64,000 bases of DNA, taken from positions 288,001 to 352,000 of the forward strand of contig CAVVMW010000018.1 in the NCBI GenBank assembly GCA_963749495.1, given 5' to 3'. A program made the position numbers and the translations under genes. The notes beneath the pieces were generated by a model that saw only the letters and a list, made by a program, of their open reading frames with translations, was not told where the DNA came from and did not search any database. The first letter of the stretch is position 1; every line of letters begins with the position of its first letter. Positions 28,355 to 38,418 of the stretch are shown in pieces. Source of the stretch: an uncultured bacterium. Lineage in GTDB: Bacteria > Verrucomicrobiota > Verrucomicrobiia > Limisphaerales > UBA8199.

Positions 28355-29629
28355 ATGAAAACAATTGTTGACCACCGCGCGGCAACGAGGCGCCTCTCGC
28401 CCCTCCTGGCCGCCGCGGCCGTGGCCCAATGGGAGGCCACGGCGCAAGTGAGCCTCACGCTGACAGGGGTTGAATTCCAAGGCACTGTGATGGACGATTC
28501 CGGCAACCTATACCCCAGTCCGCAATGGACCCCCTCCACGAGTTACCCGATTCAGGGCATTGCCGGGTGGGCGGTGGGGGGCCTTGTGGATTGCACGACG
28601 AGCGGCTCCGGCACGGTTTGGCTTCAGGGCGCCGGCAGCCAAGGCCTCGTGTTCCCTCCGGCACACTACAATGTACTCAATGGCCAGCCTTGCTCCTTAC
28701 CGGTGTGCTCGTCGAACCTCCTTCCGGCCATGGCACAGACGATCAATGCGTTCTCCACCACGTGGTCATATAGCAACGATGGGATCAATTATTCGCCCCT
28801 CGGCACCACCCGAAACATCATGTACGTGACGCTCAACCCGCCGGCGTGGGATCCTTTCACCGGCTTCGCTCCCTGCTACCGCACCGTCTTGCAAAAGGCC
28901 TGCGCCACGACGGCGGCCAGTGCCAACGCTGCGGTGGCCGCGATATGGCAGCAGTTTGCCGGGCCCGCAAATATCACCACCTGGGACGGCAAAACGCTCT
29001 ATTATTACGCGCCAGGTACGACGTTCACCAATGTGTGCGGCTACACCTTCCAACTGCTGACTCACTTCAACGGCAATTGCTTCGCCTTTCGAAACGTTCT
29101 GGAGGACTGCCTGTTAGTGAATGAGATCACGACCTACGTGCGCATTTGGGTCCAGGCCAGCGGTTCACATTATTCCACCGATCTGAGCTTTTTGGTGAAG
29201 AATTGGCACAAAACCAACCTTGGAACCAGCGGCAACGCCGATTACCCCTGGCAGATCTTTACCACGCTCACCGGTGATCCCCCGCCCTATTTTGAAATGA
29301 CCCCCCCTCCTTACGCAAACAACACTTACGGCGACCTGGCGAGCCTGATCGGATTGGCTGGCCAAAACTCAGCTACCCCGTCCGAGAAGGTTTTTGTCAA
29401 CCATCAGATCCTCGCCTATTATACCATTGCTGGCGGCTCCAGTTGGTACGACCCGTCTTATGGCGTTGGCTACTCCAGCCAATCTCCGGCAGCGAGCGTC
29501 GAAAGCAGCGCCGTGTATGGTTTTTCCACAGGATTTTACCCGCCATGCCCGACAAACGGTTATTGGCCGGTTTACGTGCGGGTGCCCACTGCGCACGACG
29601 GTTCGGATCTTAATTTGTACCCCGATTAA
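28355..29629 (+). CDS. Secreted hypothetical protein with a putative transglutaminase/papain-like Cys-His-Asp core
   Basis: Signal-like leader; GNCFAFRNVL, FVNHQIL and YDPSYG occur in catalytic-triad order. Confidence 0.6.
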   Translation: MKTIVDHRAATRRLSPLLAAAAVAQWEATAQVSLTLTGVEFQGTVMDDSGNLYPSPQWTPSTSYPIQGIAGWAVGGLVDCTTSGSGTVWLQGAGSQGLVFPPAHYNVLNGQPCSLPVCSSNLLPAMAQTINAFSTTWSYSNDGINYSPLGTTRNIMYVTLNPPAWDPFTGFAPCYRTVLQKACATTAASANAAVAAIWQQFAGPANITTWDGKTLYYYAPGTTFTNVCGYTFQLLTHFNGNCFAFRNVLEDCLLVNEITTYVRIWVQASGSHYSTDLSFLVKNWHKTNLGTSGNADYPWQIFTTLTGDPPPYFEMTPPPYANNTYGDLASLIGLAGQNSATPSEKVFVNHQILAYYTIAGGSSWYDPSYGVGYSSQSPAASVESSAVYGFSTGFYPPCPTNGYWPVYVRVPTAHDGSDLNLYPD

Positions 29630-29646
29630 CTCAAACCGCTGACGAC

Positions 29647-30934
29647 ATGACGCCGAGACTCTATCTATGGTTGGCCGGAATCGTCGGGGCCTTAACGGCG
29701 GCCGAGTTTGCCCTAGCGCGGGCGCAGGATACCGCCGCGACTTGGTCCCAGGCGACACAAATCTCCATTCCTTCGGACAAGGGTGCGCTCCGCGTTCAGA
29801 AGCAAAGCACCGTGGTGAGCGGCCAGCCCGTTGACCTGGTTTATTCGGCTGCGGATGATGCCGCCTGGATCGGCCCCAGCGCCGGCTGCTATTATTCATC
29901 GGACGGGGTCATCTGGTCGTGCATGGCCCTCCGGCAGCGGGTGATTCTCCGCCATTCCACTGGCTCGGTCATGCCTGACCAACTTGGCGCGTTCGCGGAT
30001 GCCTGGACGGCGAGCCCGACAAACCAAGATTGGAACACGGCCCGCGTGGCGGGTACCGTCGCCTTTGACTTTGTTGCAATATTTGGGCGCGGGGCGGTGC
30101 AGCCGTACGGCCGGGCGGAGCTGGCCGGATATCAACCTCGTCTCGGTAACGCCCGAATCGGGGCGGGTCAGCGTCGCCTGCGAATCTGCTGCCGGCAACA
30201 AGCTTGAGTTGGTGTGTTCGCCTCAGATGGAAGTGTTGGGCGGACGGATGAACGGCCAACCGGTGCTCGTGTTACAGGACGGTAAATTAAGTGATTGGAA
30301 GTGGGCTAATGGCTTTGATCCGTGGAACGGCCCGAGCGCTACGGGCGTGCTGTCGGTTACCGGCGCGCTGAGCGCCGCCCAATTCAAAAAGCCTCTGTAC
30401 CTTCGTTACAACTCTGCTGGACGGCGGGCCGACCTGACTGACAGCCAGGCTGCGTTGCTGCCGGCCACTGGGGACCTGTGGATCGGCCCCATATTCGCCA
30501 AACTGGGTTTGCTCAACGGCACAATGGTCGGCCTGACCACCGACCGCAACGGGGGCAACTTGTTGATCTATTTGGCCCAGCCGGCGCGCATTCCGATGGT
30601 CGAAGGCCAAACGATCCCCGCCTTCCAGGCCGCCTTGAAGGGCTACGAGGCTGATCTGGCGGCCTGCCGGGCGAAGCCTGACAAATCGGTTAAGATCAGC
30701 GATTTGTTCACCGGCAAGGATGCCCCGGAGCTTGCGAGCGCGCAAGACATCGAGTTGAGACAGATCCAGTTTGCCGGCAACGATCTCGTGCTGCGTTTCA
30801 ACGTGGCACCCTACCGGGATCCTAACGCCCCGCCAATGGCTGAATGGCCCCCGCCATTGGGGCCGATCGGTAAGGTCCAATTGACGCTGGCTCCAGATTT
30901 GTCTATCAGCGCACCGCAGGTAGGCTGGCATTAA
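29647..30934 (+). CDS. Secreted hypothetical protein with two internal repeats (frameshift near 30120 joins ORFs 29647..30207 and 29984..30934)
   Basis: Signal peptide ends ARA-Q. WIGP motif occurs twice. Starts 17 bp after the upstream stop. Confidence 0.6.
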
Positions 30935-31103
30935 GCCTGATGTTTTCCAGAGGCCCCCGGCCCAACGGGCCCGGGCTTGGGGCTGGCCATCGCGGGCGAC
31001 CCGACGGCCGCCTTTGGGCTGGTGGCGACGAGGTGACCGCGGGGCCGGTTGGCGCCGCTGAGCCCTGTCGCTTGGATTTGATTGGGTCGCTGCCAACCGA
31101 AGC

Positions 31104-32312
31104 TTACCCCCAAATCTGCCGGTCCAGGGAGCGGTATTGAATGGCCTCCGAGACGTGGTCCGGCGCAATCGATTCCGAGCCGGCCAGGTCGGCGATCGTG
31201 CGGGCCACCTTCAGGATGCGGTCGTAGGCCCGCGCGCTCAGGTTCAGGTCGGACATGGCGAACTGGATGAGGCCCTTGGCGGTCTCGTCAAGTTCGCAGA
31301 ACTGCTTGAGCTCGCGCGTGCCCATCCGGGCATTGCACGCCACCCGGGCCCGCCCCTCAAACCGCTTCTGCTGCACCCGCCGCGCGGCCACAACCCGCTG
31401 GCGGATGGCCGCGGAGGACTCCCCCGTGCGCTCGGCGCTGATCTCCCTGAACTTCACCGGCGGCACCTCGACGTGCAGGTCGATCCGGTCCAGGAGCGGA
31501 CCCGAGATGCGGCCCAGGTAGTTCTGTATCTCGCGCGGCGAACACCTCGATTCAGCCGGCATCTTCCCATCGGGTGTCGGATTCATGGCGGCCACCAGCA
31601 TGAATTCGCTGGGGAACGTCATCGTGCCGGCCGCCCGCGAGATGGTGACGCGGCCCTCCTCCAGCGGTTGGCGCAGGGTCTCCAGCACGTTGCGCTTGAA
31701 CTCGGGCAACTCGTCCAGGAAGAGCACGCCGTGGTGGGCCAGAGAGATTTCGCCCGGCGTCGGGTTGATGTTGCCCCCCAGCAGCCCGGCATCGCTGGCC
31801 GTGTGATGAGGCGCTCGAAACGGGCGCTGGGTCACCAGCGCCTGGCCCGGCTTGAGCAGGCCCACAATGCTGTGGACCTTGGTCGTCTCCAGCGCCTCCT
31901 CCAGCGTCAGCGGCGGCAGAATGGTCGGAAGCCGCTTGGCCAGCATGGACTTGCCGGTGCCCGGATTCCCGAGGAGCAGCAGGTTGTGGCCGCCACTGGC
32001 CGCTATCTCCAGCGCCCGCTTGACCGACTCCTGCCCCTTCACGTCGGCAAAATCCATCTCGTCGTCGGGGGCTTGCTCGAAGATGCGGGCCACGTCCACC
32101 GTCACGGGGGAGATTTGAAGCTCCCCTTCCAGAAAGCCCACCGCCTCCCGCAGGTTCCGGACCGGGATGACCTGCAGCCCGGAGACCACCGCCGCCTCGG
32201 CCGCGTTTTCGGCCGGAACCATCAGCCCGCCCGTGCCCTCCTGGCGCGCGCGCAGGGCAATGGGCAGCACCCCATTGACCGGAGGCACCCCGCCGTCCAG
32301 GGCCAGTTCACC
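31104..32312 (-). pseudogene. comM: 5'-truncated comM/yifB (Mg-chelatase-like AAA+ ATPase)
   Basis: Begins at GELALDG. Has [51 protein letters not shown] and [18 protein letters not shown]. An in-frame stop lies 10 codons upstream. Confidence 0.92.
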
Positions 32313-32342
32313 GAGACAGCAAAAGAACCAACTTGTCCCCCT

Positions 32343-35300
32343 CTATACTTCCAGGCGGTCTCCGGAACGCGCGACCAGGAGATAGAGCGCCGGCATGAGG
32401 AAAATGCTGATCAAGAGCCGCGAGAACAAGCCGCTGACGATGACCAGCGCAAAAGGCCGCTGCGAATCGGTGCCCACCCCGGCGGCCAGAGCGGCCGGCA
32501 ACAGTCCCAGGGCGGCCACGAGCGCGGTCATCATGATCGGGCGCAGCCGCAGAATCGCGCCCTCCCGCGCAGCTTGCTCGATGCTCGTGCCGCCGCGACG
32601 CAGTTGGTTCACGTAAGAGATATAGACGACGGCCGTCTGAACGGAGACCCCGAACAGGGCGAGAAAACCTATGCCCGAGGAAACCGAAAACGGCGTGCGG
32701 GTCATCCACAACGCCAGGATCCCGCCGACGGGCGCCGAGAGCAAAACCCCCAGCACGGTGATGAACGGGAATTTCAGGTTGCTATAGAGCGCAAACAGGA
32801 TCAGGAAAATCAGGAACAGGGTTAACGGCAGAATGACGTTGAGTTGGCGCCGCGAAGCGGTGTATTCCGTGTATTCGCCGCCCCAATCCGCGCGATAGCC
32901 TTCCGGCAACTTCACCTTGGATTCGACCTGCCCCATGGCGTCCTGCACGGCGCCCGCCAGGTCGCGTCCTTCCACCGAGAACTGAACCCCGATGTATCGC
33001 GAGTTGTTCTGGCGGTAAATGAAGGACGCGCCGTTCGCCACCTGGATATCGGCGAATTCCCCAAGGGGAATCTGCTGGCCCCCTGGCGTGGACACCAGAA
33101 TGTTCCGGATTTCCTCCGGGTTGTCCCGGTACTGCTGCTCCAGGCGCACGACCAGGTCGAACTGTTTCTCGCCCTGCACCACCTGGGTCGCCACATCGCC
33201 GCCGATGGCAGCCTGGATCAGGCTGTTGATGTCGGCGACGTTCAACCCGTACCGGGCGATCCTGCCCCGGTTGATTTTGATGGTGAGGCTCGGCTGCCCA
33301 AGCTCCTGGACGAGCGTCACGTCCCGGATGCCGCGCACCTGCTCCAGCACGCGCTTGATGGCCCTGCCCTTCTGCTCCAGCGTGTCCAGATCGGAACCGA
33401 ACACCTTGACGGCCAATGCGCTTTTCAATCCCGTTTCCGCTTCGTCCACGGCGTCTTCCGCCGGCTGGGTGTAGTTGAAGATGATTCCGGGAAACACCTG
33501 GAGCTTTTTGGTGATGGCGTCAATCAGCTCCTGCTTGGTGCGGCAGGGGCCAGTCCACTGCGAATATGGCTTGAGGCCAACGTAAAACTCCACGTTGAAA
33601 AATCCCGTCGGATCGGTGCCGTCGTCGGGCCGGCCGTGCTCCGAGGCCACGACCGTGACCTGCGGAAAAGAGCGCAGAATCTCGCGCACCCGGGGCGCGA
33701 TCTTCCGCGATTCGTCAAAGGAAATGGTGTAGGGCATAGTGGCGCGGACCCAGAGGGCGCCCTCATCCAGGTGCGGCATGAACTCCGCGCCGATGGCGGG
33801 AACGAGCAGCAGTGAACCCAATACCAGAATCGTCGAGGCCAGGGTTGTTCCCCAGGGATGCGCCAGGCAAAAATCGAGTCCTTTGGTGTAAAGGGATTTG
33901 ATGCCATCGAAGACGACATTGCGCCGCTCGCGCGCGCCCTTCCTCATGGCCCAGGAACAGAGCACCGGCAGCAGGGTCAGCGTGACAATCAAGGAGCCGA
34001 CCAGCGCAAAAATCATCGTGTCCGCCATCGGCTTGAACAATTTGCCGGAAGGCCCGGACAGGACGTAGATCGGCAGAAAACCCGCCACGATCACTGCGAC
34101 GGCGTAAAAGATCGGGCGATCAACTTCCGCGGCCGCCGCGGCGATGATTTCCCGGATGTTCAAGGGCTCCCCTCGGCGCGCGGCGACCTGGCGAAAGATG
34201 TTTTCCACCATCACCACGGCGCCGTCCACCAGAATCCCGAAATCGACCGCGCCGATGGACAGCAGGTTGGCCGAGACGCCCTGCACGTTCAGACAGAGGA
34301 AGGCGAACAGCAACGCCAGCGGGATGGCCGTGGCGACAATCAATCCGGCGCGCAAATCATACAAAAAGAACACGAGAACCACGACGACCAGCAGCATGCC
34401 GCGCAACAGGTTGCGCTCGACGGTCTCCGTCGTCAGCGCGATCAAATCGCTGCGGTCGTAAAACGGATGGATCTTGACGTCCTTCGGCAGGACCTTCTCG
34501 TTGAGTTCCTTGGTCTTGGCCTCAACCTGTTTGAGGACATTCTGCGTTTGTTCCCCGGTGCGCATCAAAATGACCCCCTCGACGGCGTCGTCCTGATCCT
34601 GGTAGCCAAACTGGCCCAGGCGCGGTGCATGGCCAATCACCACCTGCGCCACGTCCTTGACCAGGATCGGGATGCCATTGTGGACGGCCAGCACCACGTC
34701 GCCGATGTCCTCCAGCGTCTCCAACCGGCCCAGGCCGCGCACGTAATAGAACTGGCCGCCCTGCGAGTAGAACCCGCCGCCCGCGTTGCCGTTGTTGGCG
34801 GCCAGCGCGCTCTCCACCTGCAGCACCGACAATCCGACCGCCGCGATCTTCACCGGATCCAGCAGCACCTGGTATTGCATGGTTTGTCCGCCCAACCCCG
34901 AGTCGTCCGCCACGCCGGGAACGGATTTGTATTGGCGTTGGACGATCCAATCATCGATCGTTTTCAGCTCCATCGGCGACCGGTCGGGGCTCTGGAGCAC
35001 GTATCGATAGATCAAGCCCGAAGGCGAGAACAGCGGCGACACCGACGGCGTCACGCCGCTGGGCAAGCTGATATCGGGAATCCGGTTGAACACCCGCTGG
35101 CGGGCGTAGTAGTTATCCGTGCCCTCGCGAAACGTGAGGATGACGTCGCACAACCCATACAGCGAAATCGAACGCAGCGTCGTCATGCGCGGGATGCCGT
35201 TCATTTCCACCTCGACGGGCACCGTGATAAGTCGTTCCACTTCCTCGGCCGCGTGTCCAGGCCATTGGGTGATGATCTCGACCATGGGCGGCGACAGATC

Positions 35301-35468
35301 GGGATAGGCATCCACCGACAGACGGTTCAACGACCAGGTGCCAGCGCCGGTCAGCACCAGCGTCATGAGCATGACCAGAAAGCGCTGCCGCAGCGAGGAG
35401 GCCACGATCCGGTGGATGACCGGGGCCGTTCGCGGCTCCGGCTCGGGTGAGAGCAGAGTGTCGCTCAT
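32343..35468 (-). CDS. CusA/CzcA family heavy-metal efflux RND transporter (CzcA-type TM4)
   Basis: 1041 aa; VDAYPDLS, GAVDFGILVDGAVVMVEN and RLRPIMMTA motifs. Confidence 0.95.
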   Translation of the reverse strand: MSDTLLSPEPEPRTAPVIHRIVASSLRQRFLVMLMTLVLTGAGTWSLNRLSVDAYPDLSPPMVEIITQWPGHAAEEVERLITVPVEVEMNGIPRMTTLRSISLYGLCDVILTFREGTDNYYARQRVFNRIPDISLPSGVTPSVSPLFSPSGLIYRYVLQSPDRSPMELKTIDDWIVQRQYKSVPGVADDSGLGGQTMQYQVLLDPVKIAAVGLSVLQVESALAANNGNAGGGFYSQGGQFYYVRGLGRLETLEDIGDVVLAVHNGIPILVKDVAQVVIGHAPRLGQFGYQDQDDAVEGVILMRTGEQTQNVLKQVEAKTKELNEKVLPKDVKIHPFYDRSDLIALTTETVERNLLRGMLLVVVVLVFFLYDLRAGLIVATAIPLALLFAFLCLNVQGVSANLLSIGAVDFGILVDGAVVMVENIFRQVAARRGEPLNIREIIAAAAAEVDRPIFYAVAVIVAGFLPIYVLSGPSGKLFKPMADTMIFALVGSLIVTLTLLPVLCSWAMRKGARERRNVVFDGIKSLYTKGLDFCLAHPWGTTLASTILVLGSLLLVPAIGAEFMPHLDEGALWVRATMPYTISFDESRKIAPRVREILRSFPQVTVVASEHGRPDDGTDPTGFFNVEFYVGLKPYSQWTGPCRTKQELIDAITKKLQVFPGIIFNYTQPAEDAVDEAETGLKSALAVKVFGSDLDTLEQKGRAIKRVLEQVRGIRDVTLVQELGQPSLTIKINRGRIARYGLNVADINSLIQAAIGGDVATQVVQGEKQFDLVVRLEQQYRDNPEEIRNILVSTPGGQQIPLGEFADIQVANGASFIYRQNNSRYIGVQFSVEGRDLAGAVQDAMGQVESKVKLPEGYRADWGGEYTEYTASRRQLNVILPLTLFLIFLILFALYSNLKFPFITVLGVLLSAPVGGILALWMTRTPFSVSSGIGFLALFGVSVQTAVVYISYVNQLRRGGTSIEQAAREGAILRLRPIMMTALVAALGLLPAALAAGVGTDSQRPFALVIVSGLFSRLLISIFLMPALYLLVARSGDRLEV

Positions 35469-36601
35469 TGATTTTGCAGGAATTGAACGAAGAGCCCGCC
35501 TTCCACCACAATCCGGCCGCCGGCGTTGAGGCCGGAGGGGATGTCATACCGATCCCCTTCGCGATAGCCCAGCGTCACGCGCTGCCGCCCAAAGCTGCCG
35601 TCGGGCTGCGCGACATAAACGAACGGCAGGTTTTCTTCGTCGCGCAGAATCCCCGAAACCGGCACCAGCAGCCCGGCGCTTTCCTTGCGCGAATGAATCA
35701 GCACGCGGACGTACGTCTGTTTCTTCAGAAGGCCGCCCGGATTTTCGACAACCACGCGAACTGCCACGGAGCGTGTGTCCGGATCTACCAGAGCCGAAAT
35801 GTTGCCCACGGTCCCGGAGAAGTGTTCCGAGGCCGTGCCCGTCAGCACCTCGGCCGGGTCGCCGATGCTGACCGAACCAAGGTCCGGGCCGAAAAGGTGT
35901 GCCATCACCCAGACTCGGGAGAGATCGGCGACCGTGAAACACGGCGTGATGCCCGCCTGCAAAAGCTCTCCGGGCGTGATGGGCCGTTCCACCACGGTCC
36001 CGGCGATCGGGGAGCGAATCATGCCCGGGACGCGCGAAATCGGCTTTCCTTCTTGGATGGCTTTGATGGTCTCAGGAGCCACTTTGAGCGAAACGAGTTG
36101 TTGAAGGGCGGTCTCCCTATCGGCTTCAGCGTTGGCGGCATCAATTCTGGCCTGTTCGGCTTCGCGCAGGCTGATGCCGTGATGCTCGATTAGTTGCTGG
36201 TCCATTTCGGCAAGTTGGCGGGTGATTCTGGCTGTCGCGAGTGCCTTGCGATAAGCGCTGATGGCTGAGGCGAAGTCCGGTGAGTCAACCTCCGCCAACG
36301 CCTGGCCCGCTTCAACCCGCTCGCCCAGGGACACCAGCAGCCGTGATGCGGGGCCGGACATCGGCGCCAGGATCGTTGTGGCCTGGTCGTTGTCGAAATC
36401 AACCGTGCCCGTAGTCTCCACGGTTTTGTGGAACTTGGAAGGCTCAACGGTATAGAGATGAATATTCTGACGCTGAGCTGCTGTCAGCGTTACGTTGCTG
36501 GCCGTGATGGAGGACGTTGCGGGGCTGCTGCCGGTTTGGGAGGAACAGCCCGCGAGCAGGCAGGCCCCGAACGCGGCGCAAATAACGTTTTTCATGATCA
36601 A
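35465..36601 (-). CDS. RND membrane-fusion (periplasmic adaptor) lipoprotein
   Basis: Lipobox LLAGC; IRSPIAGTV, VADLSRVWV and VDPDTRS motifs. Confidence 0.93.
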   Translation of the reverse strand: MIMKNVICAAFGACLLAGCSSQTGSSPATSSITASNVTLTAAQRQNIHLYTVEPSKFHKTVETTGTVDFDNDQATTILAPMSGPASRLLVSLGERVEAGQALAEVDSPDFASAISAYRKALATARITRQLAEMDQQLIEHHGISLREAEQARIDAANAEADRETALQQLVSLKVAPETIKAIQEGKPISRVPGMIRSPIAGTVVERPITPGELLQAGITPCFTVADLSRVWVMAHLFGPDLGSVSIGDPAEVLTGTASEHFSGTVGNISALVDPDTRSVAVRVVVENPGGLLKKQTYVRVLIHSRKESAGLLVPVSGILRDEENLPFVYVAQPDGSFGRQRVTLGYREGDRYDIPSGLNAGGRIVVEGGLFVQFLQNQ

Positions 36602-38082
36602 TTATGTTTCAGTTCCGCGCGGTTCCACCATCCGCCGCCCAGGGCCTGAAATAACGCCGCCGTATCGGCGAAACGATTGGCCTGGGCCTGCACGAGGTTG
36701 ATCCGGGCTTGCTGATAAGTTTGTTCCGCGTTCAAGAGAGCAAGGTAACCGGCATAGCCGACCCGCTCTTGTTGCCGGCAAAGATCCAGCGTCACCCTCG
36801 CGGAATCGGCGGCAGCAGCGGCGGTGTTCAGCGCGGCGGCGTCCTGTTCGAGCGCGTTCAATGTGTCCGCGACATTCTGGCAGGCGGTGAGAACCGTGCT
36901 GCGATATTGTTGGGCCGCCTGAACGTAGGCGGCCTTGGCGGCCCGCTCCAGGTGGAGCAGCGCGCCACCCTGAAAAATGGGTTGCGTCAGTGTGGCGCCC
37001 ACCCCCCAAAACCCGGTGCCGGACGTGAACACCCGGTCGAGCGCCAGTGCCGTGCTGCCGGCGTCGGCCGTGAGGGTTATATTCGGCAGCCGGTTCGCGA
37101 TGGCGATTCCGATCTGGGCGCTCGCGGCGTGCAGGTTCGCCTCGGCTTGAAGAACATCCGGGCGCTGCTCCACGAGCGTTGACGGCAGGCTCACCGGCAC
37201 TTGTTCCGGCAATTGCAGGCTGTGAAGCTCGAATGTTTCGCCGTGCTGGCGGCTCGGGAAATCGCCGGCCAGAACCGCCAGAAGGTCGCGTTGCTGGGCC
37301 AATTGCTTGAGCAATGGCGGGAGCGTGGCGGTGACCTGCGCCAGTTGCGATTCCTGCGCGGCGACATCGAGCCCGCTGGCAGAACCCTTCTCCAATTGGT
37401 ATCGCACGATTTCAACCATGTTGGAGCCGATGCCGATGAGCTGGCGTGTCGTCTCAATCTGCGCCCGCAACGACGCCTCCTGGACCGCCGCGACAACGAC
37501 ATTGGCGCTCAGCGTGAGATATGTCGCGATCATTTGAAAACGCACCCCTTGTTCCTGCGCTTTCGAGGACTCGACCGTTCGGCGGGTCAGGCCGAAAACA
37601 TCGGGCACGTACGAAACGCTGACCTGGGGAGTGAAAAGATCATATTGAAACACATTGGCGTTCGGCGTGGGCGCGATTAAGTCGGACTGCCTCTGGCGGC
37701 TCGCCGAGAATGCTCCGGCGATACTTGGATAATACTCGCCCCGGTGAGCCAGCACGTTTTCTCGCGCCACCACCAACGCCGCTTGCGCCGCCTTGAGGTC
37801 GGGATTGTTGGTGAGCGAGCGCTCAATCAAATCGTTGAGCGGCTTCGAGTGAAACAAGGCCCACCACTTTCCCGGTATTTCCAGCCCTTCAACAAACCGT
37901 TGTGCTTCCCCTCCGGCGATGTTTGGGGTGCTGGAGGTGGTCTTGAGCGGGCGGGCGGCATAACTGTTGACCGGCGGAGCGGCAGGACGCTTGAAGTCCG
38001 GTCCCACCGCGCAACCGGCCAGAAGCGACAAAGCCAGGATTCGCGCCCAACCGACAACGTGTGACTTACAAATTGGCCTCAT
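36598..38082 (-). CDS. NodT/TolC-family outer-membrane efflux lipoprotein
   Basis: LLAGCAVGPDFKRP, NNPDL, QRPDV and LFQALGGGW motifs. Confidence 0.95.
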   Translation of the reverse strand: MRPICKSHVVGWARILALSLLAGCAVGPDFKRPAAPPVNSYAARPLKTTSSTPNIAGGEAQRFVEGLEIPGKWWALFHSKPLNDLIERSLTNNPDLKAAQAALVVARENVLAHRGEYYPSIAGAFSASRQRQSDLIAPTPNANVFQYDLFTPQVSVSYVPDVFGLTRRTVESSKAQEQGVRFQMIATYLTLSANVVVAAVQEASLRAQIETTRQLIGIGSNMVEIVRYQLEKGSASGLDVAAQESQLAQVTATLPPLLKQLAQQRDLLAVLAGDFPSRQHGETFELHSLQLPEQVPVSLPSTLVEQRPDVLQAEANLHAASAQIGIAIANRLPNITLTADAGSTALALDRVFTSGTGFWGVGATLTQPIFQGGALLHLERAAKAAYVQAAQQYRSTVLTACQNVADTLNALEQDAAALNTAAAAADSARVTLDLCRQQERVGYAGYLALLNAEQTYQQARINLVQAQANRFADTAALFQALGGGWWNRAELKHN

Positions 38083-38129
38083 ACTGGTCAGAACCCATCA
38101 TCGAGAAGTTCCCGGCCTGGCGAGCTCCG

Positions 38130-38414
38130 CTAACTGACGGGCACCAGGGAAACCCTCTCGCCCTTGTCGTTGCGGGTGATCCCTTGCGCATGCGGATCGA
38201 GAGACAAAACGCCGTCCACCAGGAAAGCATAGCGGTGATGGCCGTGCTTCAGCTCCACGTTGAGCAGCCAGGAACGGTCCGGCATCTGTTTCATGGGATG
38301 GGCCGTTGGGTTCCATTGGTTGAAGTCCCCCACCAGACTCACCGATTGCGCCTGAGTTGCGCGGCACACGAAATTAACCGGCCGCAGGTTTTGGTGGTAC
38401 AACATCCGGTTCAT
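38130..38414 (-). CDS. Stand-alone glycogen-binding (CBM48 / isoamylase early-set) domain protein
   Basis: AQSVSLVGDFNQWNP..HPM and YAFLVDG...DP motifs. Confidence 0.85.
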   Translation of the reverse strand: MNRMLYHQNLRPVNFVCRATQAQSVSLVGDFNQWNPTAHPMKQMPDRSWLLNVELKHGHHRYAFLVDGVLSLDPHAQGITRNDKGERVSLVPVS

Positions 38415-38418
38415 GGCG

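Noticed and set aside
31104..32288. Intact 394-aa ComM
   Set aside because: It lacks the N-terminal domain, the assigned GTG start is an internal codon, and homology continues upstream to 32312 and then stops.
31137..35450. Long plus-strand ORFs (562, 323 and 530 aa)
   Set aside because: Antisense shadows of comM and the RND transporter.
36598..38082. Outer-membrane factor as the type I secretion channel for the giant RTX protein
   Set aside because: It is a NodT-type lipoprotein coupled to a CzcA-type RND pump. No ABC transporter or HlyD gene is present, so proximity alone is insufficient.
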